64,000 nt of DNA from Prochlorococcus sp. AG-355-B18 (lineage in GTDB: Bacteria > Cyanobacteriota > Cyanobacteriia > PCC-6307 > Cyanobiaceae). The stretch spans positions 32,001-96,000 of the forward strand of contig QCDI01000002.1 in NCBI GenBank assembly GCA_003280965.1. Direction: 5' to 3'. Numbering within the stretch: position 1 is the stretch's first letter; each line of letters starts with the position of its first letter. Both the position numbers and the translations under genes were made by a program. Below, piece by piece: positions 1-9,746 of this stretch. The notes beneath the pieces were generated by a model that was not told the DNA's origin, did not search any database, and was given only the letters and a program-made list of their open reading frames with translations.

Positions 1-163
1 TCAAAGATACAAGTTCAAAAAAGAAAATCAGATTTTTAAAATTCAAATACTTTTAATAAATTTCTTTTTGCTGACATAAAACAATGTTTTGTTTCATAAA
101 AACATAATACTTATTGCCTCATTCACAAACGATTATTAAAAAGGAGATAAGACTTCTAATAAC

Positions 164-340
164 ATGACAACTTCTCAAGAATCTTCTAGAAAAATTTCAC
201 TAGAAATGAAATCTGAAGTTCACTATAAAAAAGCTGCTAAATCTTACAGAAAATCCCAGCAATATATAAAAATGATTAATTTATATCCAACTTTGCAAAA
301 TACTCTAATTGATTGCAAGGATGAGAACCTTATTGAATAG
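164..340 (+). CDS. Small hypothetical protein (58 aa, MTTSQESSRKISLEMKSEVHYKKAAKSYRKSQQYIKMINLYPTLQNTLIDCKDENLIE), not in the supplied ORF track
   Basis: ATG at 164, TAG at 338-340, translated by hand; AAGGAG at 141-146; fills otherwise empty space convergent with the 385..618 ORF. Confidence 0.55.
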   Translation: MTTSQESSRKISLEMKSEVHYKKAAKSYRKSQQYIKMINLYPTLQNTLIDCKDENLIE

Positions 341-384
341 GGATTAATTATCCTTCCAAATTAATCTTCAAAAGTATATTTTTT

Positions 385-618
385 TTAAGCTGCAATACTC
401 TCATTTTTTTCAAAATAAAATTTATTTATTATTTGTCTGCACATTTTTATATTGTAAAGGGCTCTAGGCTTCCAAGGTTTTTTCTGACCGAGTGGAGAGC
501 TTTTCCAATGAATCCCAGGCTTAAGTATTCCATTTTCACGCAAATAAGAAAGTTTAATTTCAGTTATTCCTAGTTTTTCCGCGGTCAACTCAGATGAGCT
601 CCACATATCCCCTAACAT
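385..618 (-). CDS. Small hypothetical protein with excisionase/MerR-like winged HTH pattern
   Basis: TAEKLGITEIKLSYLRENGILKPG resembles the HTH_17/Xis helix-turn-helix; C-terminus SIAA. Confidence 0.6.
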   Translation of the reverse strand: MLGDMWSSSELTAEKLGITEIKLSYLRENGILKPGIHWKSSPLGQKKPWKPRALYNIKMCRQIINKFYFEKNESIAA

Positions 619-755
619 TGAATTAAGTAAATATTATTAATCCTTGATAACGTTAATTTTATTGTTTTGAAAGGGGTAAAACTTTTAAATAATTATTAAG
701 TAACTAAAAACCTAGTATTTACAGAGAGAAAGAGATTTTAAAGATTTATATCAAA

Positions 756-1055
756 TTAAGAAATATTAAATAAAGAATCTTCATTAATATATATCTCATC
801 GATACCCTCTCCTTTATTGATGGATTTAAAGTTAACGTATTCTTCTGTGATGGATTGATGCTTTGAAAGATTGATCCAACCCCTGTGCCAATTTCCACTA
901 TTTGTTAATTCTTCGTATGTAGTTGTTAAGTTAATTTCAGAATCAAGTACAGAAACCATTAAAAAACTAAAATTTTCTTCTTCTTTAGTTTCATTTACTA
1001 AGACAAAATGTCTCAATCCATTTATGGTTTTATTAGAAGTCCAGTATCTTTCCAT
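756..1055 (-). CDS. TIGR02450-type tryptophan-rich conserved protein
   Basis: WTS...G.RHF.LV N-terminal motif and EL...W..GW motif typical of this family. Confidence 0.7.
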   Translation of the reverse strand: MERYWTSNKTINGLRHFVLVNETKEEENFSFLMVSVLDSEINLTTTYEELTNSGNWHRGWINLSKHQSITEEYVNFKSINKGEGIDEIYINEDSLFNIS

Positions 1056-1057
1056 AA

Positions 1058-1351
1058 TTATTTTTTCTTAATATTCCCCTCAGGATTTTTTCTAGATATT
1101 TTCTTATATTCATTTCTAATTTCCTCTAATAAAAGTTTTCTTCTATCCATATAGTTAACAGAATCTTGTTTAGATAAGTTATATCTTTCTTTTTTAGTTA
1201 AATTCATCCAGTTATTAAGGTTCTTTTTATTGAAAGTTGTTAATTTTTTAGCCTTCAAAACTTTTTGTCTTCTATTTAATTTAAGAAAATTCCTTAAAAT
1301 GAAAAAAATTAATATAAAAAGAAAAATTATTACAAACTTTAAGAGCATCAC
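1058..1351 (-). CDS. Hypothetical membrane-anchored basic protein
   Basis: N-terminal hydrophobic helix (FVIIFLFILIFFIL); GTGA start/stop overlap with hisS. Confidence 0.6.
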   Translation of the reverse strand: MMLLKFVIIFLFILIFFILRNFLKLNRRQKVLKAKKLTTFNKKNLNNWMNLTKKERYNLSKQDSVNYMDRRKLLLEEIRNEYKKISRKNPEGNIKKK

Positions 1352-2628
1352 TTTGCAAGTAAATTATTATTTATCCATTTTTCCAATTCAATATCATTCT
1401 CAAAAGATATAACCTCTTCTTCATTCCTATTACCTGATTGATCATAGAGCCTTATAGTAAATTCACCTTTAACTGCCTCATCATCACCAATTACAATAAT
1501 ACTTTTAGATTTAAGTTTATTTGCCTTTTTAAATTGTTTAGAAAATGAAGCTCCACTTAAATCCAACTCAACTATCAAATCATAATTTCTTAATTTTCTA
1601 GATAAATCCAAAGCTAAGGTTTCAGCAATTAAGCCTTGATTAATAATATAAATATCAGTATTTCTTGGGATTTCAAGATCTTTTCCTGCTAGTAGAATTA
1701 ATCTTTCAAGACCAATAGCAAATCCAATCGCCGGGGTATTTGGCCCTCCCATTTGTTTTATTAAATCATCGTATCTTCCTCCCCCGCAAACTGTGGCTTG
1801 GGAACCTAAAGCACCACTTGTGATTTCAAAAGCAGTATGGGTGTAATAATCTAAACCTCTTACTAAATTAAAATTTTCCACGTAAGGTATTTTTAAAACC
1901 TCTAATTGTTTTTTCAAGTCTGAAAATCTGTTATGACTTTTTTCAGACAAAAAATCAAATAATCTTGGTGCCTTTTCAAGAGCTTTTTTTGTTTGTATAT
2001 TTTTTGAGTCCAAAATCCTCAAAGGGTTTTTAGTAATTCTATTTTGAGAATCTAAATCTAAAGAATCTTTATTTATTTCTAGCCATTTTAAAAAGGATTT
2101 TTGAAAATTTGATCTGTCATTTGTATCACCTAAAGTATTTATTTCAAGATTGAGTTCTTTTATTCCTAATTTTCCTAAGATATCCCAAGCTAAAGCAATA
2201 ATTTCAACATCACTTCTAACTGAATCATGCCCTATAAACTCAACGCCTAACTGATGAAACTGTCTTTGTCTGCCTGCTTGAGGTCTTTCATATCGAAACA
2301 TAGGACCCATGTACCAAAGTTTTTGAAGAGGATTAGACGATATTCCATTTTGTATTAACGCTCGCGCGACTGAGGCTGTTCCTTCGGGTCTGAGAGTACA
2401 GGATCTCTCCCCTCTATCAAGAAATGTATACATTTCCTTACTGACAACATCTGTTCCTTCACCAATTCCTCTTATAAATAACTCGGTCATTTCCAGTATT
2501 GGTGTTCTTATTTCTTTGATGGATGCTCTTGAAAGCTGTTCCAATACAATTTTCTCAACGTTTTGCCACTTTATTAATTGATCAGGCAATAAGTCTACTG
2601 TTCCTCTTAGATTTTTTAAGTTATTCAA
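1348..2628 (-). CDS. hisS: Histidine--tRNA ligase
   Basis: LRPEGTA, FRYERPQAGRQRQFHQ, LVRGLDYY and GGGRYD motifs. Confidence 0.98.
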   Translation of the reverse strand: MNNLKNLRGTVDLLPDQLIKWQNVEKIVLEQLSRASIKEIRTPILEMTELFIRGIGEGTDVVSKEMYTFLDRGERSCTLRPEGTASVARALIQNGISSNPLQKLWYMGPMFRYERPQAGRQRQFHQLGVEFIGHDSVRSDVEIIALAWDILGKLGIKELNLEINTLGDTNDRSNFQKSFLKWLEINKDSLDLDSQNRITKNPLRILDSKNIQTKKALEKAPRLFDFLSEKSHNRFSDLKKQLEVLKIPYVENFNLVRGLDYYTHTAFEITSGALGSQATVCGGGRYDDLIKQMGGPNTPAIGFAIGLERLILLAGKDLEIPRNTDIYIINQGLIAETLALDLSRKLRNYDLIVELDLSGASFSKQFKKANKLKSKSIIVIGDDEAVKGEFTIRLYDQSGNRNEEEVISFENDIELEKWINNNLLAK

Positions 2629-2726
2629 AGTTCTAAAAAATAATTCAAAATTTTTAATTCATCTAGAAATTAATCCTTGATTGGTTATTCTGTGAGACAA
2701 TTTTAATTTAACATTTAGAAAAACTA

Positions 2727-3149
2727 TTGGGAATTAATAAAAATAAAGAGAATCAGCATTGCGGTACAAAGCCAAAAAAAATTGCTTTTGGAATAGCACC
2801 TCTTGGTATAGTTTCAATAGGCATAGTGCCAATGGGAGTAATAAGTATTGGGGTAGTCCCAATGGGTGTATTTTCTTTTGGTGCAGTAGCAATGGGAATA
2901 GTAAATTTATCAGTAGTTGGGATGGGAATTATCTCTGCCGGTGTTACTACTATGGGAATATGGGAGTATTCGCCTAATTCTCATAACAATCATCATAATC
3001 ATTCCAAAAAAGTTTCAAATTCAAACAAGGAAAATATGATGTCAGATCTATTTAATACTAAACAAGAGGCAGAAGAAGCTGCCACAAAATACGGTTGTGT
3101 TGGAGCACATAAAATGGGTAATAAATGGATGCCTTGTAAGATGCACTAA
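2727..3149 (+). CDS. Gly/Met decapeptide-repeat protein with His-rich linker and C-terminal DUF3721-type (WMPC) domain
   Basis: Six 10-aa repeats (aa 21-80), SHNNHHNHS linker, LF.TK.EAE.AA..YGC.GAH.MG.KWMPC tail; TTG start uncertain. Confidence 0.8.
   Translation: MGINKNKENQHCGTKPKKIAFGIAPLGIVSIGIVPMGVISIGVVPMGVFSFGAVAMGIVNLSVVGMGIISAGVTTMGIWEYSPNSHNNHHNHSKKVSNSNKENMMSDLFNTKQEAEEAATKYGCVGAHKMGNKWMPCKMH
2787..2966 (+). repeat. Degenerate coding tandem repeat, 30-nt period, 6 units
   Basis: Units FGIAPLGIVS / IGIVPMGVIS / IGVVPMGVFS / FGAVAMGIVN / LSVVGMGIIS / AGVTTMGIWE; ATGGG recurs every 30 nt. Confidence 0.85.
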
Positions 3150-3179
3150 ATATTTTCTTAGTCAAAAATTTATTAAATA

Positions 3180-3959
3180 TTAATTCAAAATCTCTACTCT
3201 AAATTCAAGATTTTTTGCCTCATCAGTAGTTAATTTTCTTGACCAAGCTCCTTGCACAGGACTATTCCATCTGAACCCAGCATTTTTAGCTAAAGACCTA
3301 TCTTCGTAACTAATCAATGCCTTGTATAAAAACCTCGGCTCAGTAGCTTTAAGTAAAAGTTCCTCTAAATTATCACATTTTTTGAAGACTTCAGATATGT
3401 AAAAGCAATCAGATAAAGCTCTATGTAAATTCCAAACTGGTATTGAAAAAGATAAAGCTAGATCAGTTACGGAGGGTCTATTTTTTAGCGATTTTTGAAA
3501 AGACCAATTAATATCTTCTAAACTACATATCCATTTTTTATTAAGTTTAGGTAATCTTCCTCTCCCAAACCATTTCTTATCAAACTCTACATTATGCGCG
3601 ACAATGAAATCCGAACAATCAACAAGTTTTAAAAAGAAATTCAATCCATCTTCCCATGGTTGAGAAATATTAGTTACTTCTGCCGATATGCCATTAACAT
3701 ATTCTGCATCATTATTATTAACCGGGAACAAAAATGAAACTTGTGAAAGCACGCACTTAAAAGATACATCAAACAAAATACAACCTATCTCTATCACTTC
3801 ATCTTTATTTGCATCTAAACCTGTTGTTTCAGTATCAAGAATTAAAATTTTTTCAATTTTTTTATTCTTATTAGCAACACTATCTTCAGATGGATAACTT
3901 ATAACTTGATCCTGAAGAATATCCAATTGATTTAATTCTTTTTTGTTAGATAGTTCCAA
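3180..3959 (-). CDS. DEDDh 3'-5' exonuclease (DnaQ-like) with short C-terminal DUF5710-like segment
   Basis: LDTETTG, AHNVEFD and HRALSD exonuclease motifs. Confidence 0.9.
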   Translation of the reverse strand: MELSNKKELNQLDILQDQVISYPSEDSVANKNKKIEKILILDTETTGLDANKDEVIEIGCILFDVSFKCVLSQVSFLFPVNNNDAEYVNGISAEVTNISQPWEDGLNFFLKLVDCSDFIVAHNVEFDKKWFGRGRLPKLNKKWICSLEDINWSFQKSLKNRPSVTDLALSFSIPVWNLHRALSDCFYISEVFKKCDNLEELLLKATEPRFLYKALISYEDRSLAKNAGFRWNSPVQGAWSRKLTTDEAKNLEFRVEILN

Positions 3960-4076
3960 TTAACTGAAAACACTTTCATTTATCTTGACGCATTTAATAA
4001 AAATTTCTCTTAAATTAATATAAATTAAGAAACATGATTAGAAAATAATTTTTGAAACATTCTTAGTTAATGAAAT

Positions 4077-4799
4077 ATGACTTTTACAAAATATCAATTT
4101 AATAATTTTTGTTATTGGCCTTCAAATCCTAAAAAAATTGTGGAATTTATTGGTGGAAGTTATCTAGCTTCTAAACCAGATTTAACTTATAGAAGATTTA
4201 TCGAGAGTTTAATCAACAAAAACTATGCCGTACATGCATATAAATACACTCCACAATTTGATCACCAACAACTTGCAATTAAAGCATGGAGGGATTTCAA
4301 GAATTGCCGAATATCTTTATCAAAGAGAATAGGAACATCAATTCCATCAATAAGAATTGGTCATAGTCTAGGCTGCAAACTTCATCTAATTTCCCCTGAT
4401 GGTGGAAGAAATTGCGAGAAATTCATATCAATAAGTTTTAATAACTTCAGTGCTAACAAATCTATTCCTTTATTGAAACAAATTTCTCAAAAATTAGAAT
4501 TCAATAGTGAATTCAGCCCAAGCCCTGAAAGAACTTTGCGATTAATTGAAAAAACATATAATCAAAAAAATAACTTCCTAATAAAATTCAACTCAGACGA
4601 ATTAGATCAAACAGATAAATTATTTTCTTGTCTGAAAGCAAGAAAAGAAGATAATTCTAAGGGGGTAATGTTAAAAGGTACACACACTATAATTGCAAGC
4701 GCAGGACTAAGAGAAAATTTTTTGGGAGACTGGGCCGATGATGAATTCAAAAGAAATACTATAAAAAAAATTTCCAATTTAATTGATGAATCTGATTAG
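4077..4799 (+). CDS. DUF1350-family alpha/beta-hydrolase-fold protein
   Basis: FIGGSYL..P..TY motif and GHSLGCKLH nucleophile elbow. Confidence 0.8.
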   Translation: MTFTKYQFNNFCYWPSNPKKIVEFIGGSYLASKPDLTYRRFIESLINKNYAVHAYKYTPQFDHQQLAIKAWRDFKNCRISLSKRIGTSIPSIRIGHSLGCKLHLISPDGGRNCEKFISISFNNFSANKSIPLLKQISQKLEFNSEFSPSPERTLRLIEKTYNQKNNFLIKFNSDELDQTDKLFSCLKARKEDNSKGVMLKGTHTIIASAGLRENFLGDWADDEFKRNTIKKISNLIDESD

Positions 4800-6778
4800 G
4801 ATAATTCTTTCAGCTTTTCCAAAACAGAACTATCTTCAAGAGTGCTTATATCACCGCTAATTTTTTCTCCAGCAGCCAAAGATCTTAAAATTCGCCTCAT
4901 AATTTTTCCACTACGTGTTTTTGGGAGAGAGTCAGAAATTATAATCTTTTCAGGCTTTGCGATAATTCCAATTTCATTAACAACATGTTTCTTTAGATCC
5001 TCTACTAATTCTGAAGAACCGTTCACGTCCTTCTCTAGAGATACAAAAGCTACTATAACTTCACCTTTTAAATCATCTTTTTTGCCAACGACTGCAGACT
5101 CTGCAACTGATTTATGACTTACCAAAGCAGATTCTATTTCCATTGTTCCTAACCGATGCCCTGAAACACTTATGACATCATCTACTCTTCCCATGATCCA
5201 TATATATCCATCTTCATCAATGCGTGCTCCATCTCCAGCAAAATAAACATTTTTTTCTCCTTTAAAGGAAATATATTCCCAATAACTCTCCAAATATCTC
5301 TCTGAGTTTCCATGAATTGTTCTCATCATTCCTGGCCATGGTTTCTTAATAATTAAATAACCACCCTCATTCTCCTTAACCTTATTTCCATTCTTATCGA
5401 CGATTTCAACTTCGATTCCTGGCAGAGGGAAAGTAGCTGAACCTGGCTTTGTAGCAACGATTCCAGGCAAGGGACTTATCATCACACCACCAGTCTCAGT
5501 TTGCCACCAAGTATCCACAATTGGGCATTTATTTTTACCAATAACATCCTTGTACCATATCCATGCTTCAGGATTAATTGGTTCTCCAACTGTGCCCAAA
5601 AGTCTAAGACTATCAAGATTATATTTATCAGGGATTTCACGCCCAGACTTCATAAATGCTCTTATTGCAGTTGGTGCAGTATAAAAAATAGAAACCTTAT
5701 ATTTTTGAACAATTTCCCAAAAAGCCCCTAAATTTGAGGGTCTTGGCACTCCCTCATACATTAAGGTTGTAGCACCATTAGATAAAGGCCCATAAACTAT
5801 GTAACTATGACCTGTAATCCAACCAACATCAGCAGTACACCAGTAAATGTCGTCATCTTTCAAATCAAAAATCCATTTAAATGTCAAATGGGACCAAAGA
5901 TTGTAACCACCTGTAGTGTGAACTACACCTTTGGGCTTTCCAGTAGAGCCTGACGTGTAAAGAATAAAAAGTCTATCTTCGCTATTCATTATTTCTGGTT
6001 CACACTGATCTTTTTGATCTTTTAGTAATTCATGCCACCATAAATCTCTATCATCAACCATCGAAATATTTTTTTTTGTTCGTTGAACAACAACTACTTT
6101 TTCAACAACTTTATCTGCCCCACTTTCAATAGCCGCATCAACTGCTTGCTTGAGTTCAATCACTTTATCTTTTCTAAAGCCACCATCAGCAGTAATAACA
6201 AATCTTGCGTTTCCATCAATTAACCTATCTTTTAAAGCTTCTGAAGAAAATCCTCCGAAGACAACTGAATGAGGCGCACCAATTCTTGCACAAGCTAACA
6301 TCGCAAACATCGCTTCAGGAATCATCGGCATATAAATACATACCAAATCTCCTTTTTTTACACCAATTGCTTTTAATGCATTAGCTGCTTTACATACCTC
6401 TTTTAGAAGTTCTTCGTAAGTATATTTTTTACTATCTCCGGGTTCACCTTCCCATATAAGTGCAGTTTTTGCTCCAAGTCTTTTTTTGATATGCCTATCT
6501 AAGCAATTATATGTAATATTGATTTTCCCTTCTTTAAACCACTTAAAAAAGGGGGCATTATCACTATCTAATACAGTTTGGAATGGCTCAAACCAATCTA
6601 TTTCAGATTTTGCGAAAGATTCCCAAAATTTAGTTGGATTATCTAAGGCTTGTTTTTTTAAACTAAGAAATTCTTTTTGAGATCTAATATTTGAGTTTTC
6701 TGCAAATTTTTTTGAAGGAGGGAAAATTCTACTTTCTTCAAGAATGTTATTAATTGAATTTTTTTTATCTAATGACAT
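4796..6778 (-). CDS. acs: Acetate--CoA ligase (acetyl-CoA synthetase)
   Basis: [31 protein letters not shown] (acetylation-site Lys). Confidence 0.97.
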   Translation of the reverse strand: MSLDKKNSINNILEESRIFPPSKKFAENSNIRSQKEFLSLKKQALDNPTKFWESFAKSEIDWFEPFQTVLDSDNAPFFKWFKEGKINITYNCLDRHIKKRLGAKTALIWEGEPGDSKKYTYEELLKEVCKAANALKAIGVKKGDLVCIYMPMIPEAMFAMLACARIGAPHSVVFGGFSSEALKDRLIDGNARFVITADGGFRKDKVIELKQAVDAAIESGADKVVEKVVVVQRTKKNISMVDDRDLWWHELLKDQKDQCEPEIMNSEDRLFILYTSGSTGKPKGVVHTTGGYNLWSHLTFKWIFDLKDDDIYWCTADVGWITGHSYIVYGPLSNGATTLMYEGVPRPSNLGAFWEIVQKYKVSIFYTAPTAIRAFMKSGREIPDKYNLDSLRLLGTVGEPINPEAWIWYKDVIGKNKCPIVDTWWQTETGGVMISPLPGIVATKPGSATFPLPGIEVEIVDKNGNKVKENEGGYLIIKKPWPGMMRTIHGNSERYLESYWEYISFKGEKNVYFAGDGARIDEDGYIWIMGRVDDVISVSGHRLGTMEIESALVSHKSVAESAVVGKKDDLKGEVIVAFVSLEKDVNGSSELVEDLKKHVVNEIGIIAKPEKIIISDSLPKTRSGKIMRRILRSLAAGEKISGDISTLEDSSVLEKLKELS

Positions 6779-6870
6779 TAAATAATTTGATGCTTAATAA
6801 ACTTAGACGAAAAAATTATCGTTTTCAAAAATTTTAATATTAATTTAGCTGAAAACTCTTTTTAATAAAT

Positions 6871-7842
6871 TCAATAAAGACGGCCGAGAACAAATTCTGG
6901 TAGAGCCATTAACGCTCTTTTATACTCTGAGTCAGGAAGCCAAACAATTGCTTCTTTAGAACGCATTGCAAAATCCTCAGCTAATTTCCTAGAGCTTTTA
7001 ATTGCCTTAGAATTCATAATAATGTTAAGAGCATTATCTAAATCATCTTTTTCAGCTAGTTCTCTATTTATTAGAACTGACAATTTTTTATTCTCTTCTA
7101 AGGCATATAAAACTGGTGCAGTGAGATATCCACTAGCAAGATCACTTATAGCAGGTTTTCCAAGTTGCTTATCGTTCCCAGTAAAGTCAAGTATGTCATC
7201 TACAACTTGAAAAGCCAGGCCAATATTTTTACCGAAATCATATAACGAGTTTAATTTCTCATCGTTAAGATCACTTAAAACACCAGCTGCTTTACAGCTA
7301 TTAGCAATTAAAGACGCAGTTTTACAATAGCTTTTGTTTATGTATTTTGAAAAAGATTGAGCAGAATCGAATCTATTTAGATTTTGTTTAATTTCACCTT
7401 CAGCTAAATCCATTATCACTCTACTAAGTAATTTAACAACTTTGACATTATCAAGGTTTGCCAAGTGCCAACTTGCTTGTGCGAATAAGAAATCACCTGC
7501 CAAAACAGCAACTCTAGTATTAAATCTACTATGAACAGTATCTACACCTCTTCTTGTAGAGGCTTCATCAACAACATCATCATGGACTAATGAAGCTGTA
7601 TGAATCATTTCAGTTATTTCAGCAAGCCTTTTATGTTTACTTTTTAAACTGAATTCAGGAGATATCGCTTTTGAAATTAACAAAACAATGCCCGGTCTTA
7701 GTCTTTTTCCTCCCGCACTAAAAAGATGTTCAGCTGCGGCTTGAAGAATTGGATGACCAGCTCCTATTAGATTTTTCAGCTCAAGAATAAGATCATCAAG
7801 ATCATTTTCAACTGGTTGTAGTAATTCTGTTACTGTGTTCAT
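6871..7842 (-). CDS. sds: Solanesyl/polyprenyl diphosphate synthase
   Basis: GGKRLRP, first (HDDVVD) and second (DDILD) aspartate-rich motifs. Confidence 0.93.
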   Translation of the reverse strand: MNTVTELLQPVENDLDDLILELKNLIGAGHPILQAAAEHLFSAGGKRLRPGIVLLISKAISPEFSLKSKHKRLAEITEMIHTASLVHDDVVDEASTRRGVDTVHSRFNTRVAVLAGDFLFAQASWHLANLDNVKVVKLLSRVIMDLAEGEIKQNLNRFDSAQSFSKYINKSYCKTASLIANSCKAAGVLSDLNDEKLNSLYDFGKNIGLAFQVVDDILDFTGNDKQLGKPAISDLASGYLTAPVLYALEENKKLSVLINRELAEKDDLDNALNIIMNSKAIKSSRKLAEDFAMRSKEAIVWLPDSEYKRALMALPEFVLGRLY

Positions 7843-7869
7843 GATTGACCTCTTTTATATATTAAGTAA

Positions 7870-8664
7870 TCAAACATTGCTTCGGAGGTTAACAACACTA
7901 ATTTCTTTATTAATTTCAAGCCAAAATTTTACTTTTTTGTAAAATTCATCTTTTTTTGAAGTAACAAAAAAATCTACATTATCGTAAGAAATACTTTCAT
8001 AGCGTTCAGTTTTTGGAATTATAAAAGCTTCATTGAATTTTTTTATTAACGCTTCAGATGGATCAATAATTTTTATATTTGAATCTATTTTTTTTCTTAA
8101 GAAGTCATAAATTAAAGGATAATGGCTACACCCAAGTATTAGTTCTTCAATATTTTCATTTAAAAGTGGTCTTAAATACAAATCAGCGAGATAATTTAAC
8201 TTATTAAAATTAATCTTGTCTTTTTCAATTTCTGATACAAATTCTGGACATTCTTGTTGGAATATTTTTAAATTCTCTTTTTTAGAATTTATAGCATTTT
8301 TATAAAATGATGATCTGGTTGTTGTTTGAGTTGCCAAGACCCCAATTATTTTTTTATTAACTATTTCGGATACTGAGTTTATAAGGTCAAAACAAGGGAT
8401 CCTTAAGTTATTTTCTAAAATATCAAGTGCACATGCATTTGTAGTGTTACAAGCTATTAAAATTGCATCCAAATTTTTATCTTCAAAAAAACTGCAAATC
8501 TCTTCTGCAATGACTCTTATCTCTTTATAATTTTTATTTCCAAAAGGAATTCTTTTTGTATCAGCCAAATAAATAACTTCAACATCCTTACGTGTTTTTA
8601 GTAAAGAATTAAGGATAGTAAAACCTCCTATACCACTATCAAATATACCTACTTTAATTTTCAC
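7870..8664 (-). CDS. murI: Glutamate racemase
   Basis: FDSGIGG, IACNT and LGCSHYP catalytic Cys motifs. Confidence 0.95.
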   Translation of the reverse strand: MKIKVGIFDSGIGGFTILNSLLKTRKDVEVIYLADTKRIPFGNKNYKEIRVIAEEICSFFEDKNLDAILIACNTTNACALDILENNLRIPCFDLINSVSEIVNKKIIGVLATQTTTRSSFYKNAINSKKENLKIFQQECPEFVSEIEKDKINFNKLNYLADLYLRPLLNENIEELILGCSHYPLIYDFLRKKIDSNIKIIDPSEALIKKFNEAFIIPKTERYESISYDNVDFFVTSKKDEFYKKVKFWLEINKEISVVNLRSNV

Positions 8665-9746
8665 CCTACTTTAGAAAGATATTCAAGGATACCTTTTGCA
8701 ATTGCATAAGCTACTCTTTTACGATGAGCAGCTTTTTCTAATCTTCTTGCATCTAATCTTCCTGTTAAAAATCCAATTTCAACAAGAACTGCAGGCATCC
8801 TAGTATTTTTAATTACATAAAATCTACCCTGTTTAACCCCTCGATCAGGACTCCCAGGGGACACTCTTAAAATTTGTTTTTGAATTTTCTTGGCCAGTAA
8901 TCTACCTCTCCAACCTCTAAAGTAAAAGGTTTCTAATCCATTAATATCCCGCCTTTTCCCTCTTGAGGCATTCGCATGAATACTTACGAAGATATCCGCA
9001 TTAGTGTTGTTAGCAAAGGAAACTCTAGGAGGTAAATCCAAATTAACTTCATTTTTTCTAGTTAACCTAGCTTCGACACCTTTTTCAGAAAGTAACTTTT
9101 TAACTATTTTGGAAACCTCGAGTACAACATCTGTTTCTCTAATCCCACCAATACCGATTGCGCCTGGATCAGGCCCTCCATGCCCTGGATCGATAACAAC
9201 AGAAAATTTATTTTGTTTTACATTTGGCAATTGCAAATAATTTTGAACTTTTTTCCTCATATATTTTGAGCTTTGATCTTTTTTTGAAATTCTTATTTTC
9301 TTCTCAACAATGCCCTCACCAATCTTTGTAAACGAATATTTTGGCGTAAAAAGTTTAATTCTCCACCTATTTTGATCTAAGCCAACCATTCTCCAAGTCA
9401 AAGGGGCCAAATAAGTTTCCTCCTTGAATTCAACTACTAGTCTTGTTTTGCCCTCGCTTGGTTTGCCCAATCTGATTTCTTTTATTGGACCATTACCTTT
9501 TATTGTTCTTGGATTTTTTAATTCTCCAGGGAAATCTACCCAGAATCTATCCCCATATATTTGGTTGGCTTTCTGAAAATATGCTTTTAAATTTGTATTT
9601 GATTTAGTTCTTAATTCTAAAACACCATTTTTTTTTAATGCCCATGCCGCTAATGCACTTGAAGATTTTACTGGGAGAATCGCAGAATTTAAAAATAAAA
9701 AAACAGCTAGATAACGAAAAAGTTTATTATTTAAAAACTTTGACAT
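8661..9746 (-). CDS. amiC: N-acetylmuramoyl-L-alanine amidase (AMIN + Amidase_3)
   Basis: Signal peptide; IDPGHGG, SIHAN and LVEIGF zinc-amidase motifs. Confidence 0.92.
   Translation of the reverse strand: MSKFLNNKLFRYLAVFLFLNSAILPVKSSSALAAWALKKNGVLELRTKSNTNLKAYFQKANQIYGDRFWVDFPGELKNPRTIKGNGPIKEIRLGKPSEGKTRLVVEFKEETYLAPLTWRMVGLDQNRWRIKLFTPKYSFTKIGEGIVEKKIRISKKDQSSKYMRKKVQNYLQLPNVKQNKFSVVIDPGHGGPDPGAIGIGGIRETDVVLEVSKIVKKLLSEKGVEARLTRKNEVNLDLPPRVSFANNTNADIFVSIHANASRGKRRDINGLETFYFRGWRGRLLAKKIQKQILRVSPGSPDRGVKQGRFYVIKNTRMPAVLVEIGFLTGRLDARRLEKAAHRKRVAYAIAKGILEYLSKVG

Noticed and set aside
2787..2966. 30-nt periodic repeat as a possible CRISPR array
   Set aside because: Units are contiguous, degenerate at codon third positions, in frame, without unique spacers; no cas genes
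2759..2977. 72-aa Cys/Trp/Asn-rich ORF that could look like a RiPP precursor
   Set aside because: It is an alternative frame of the 30-nt coding repeat, which explains its periodic NG/W pattern; no modification enzymes nearby
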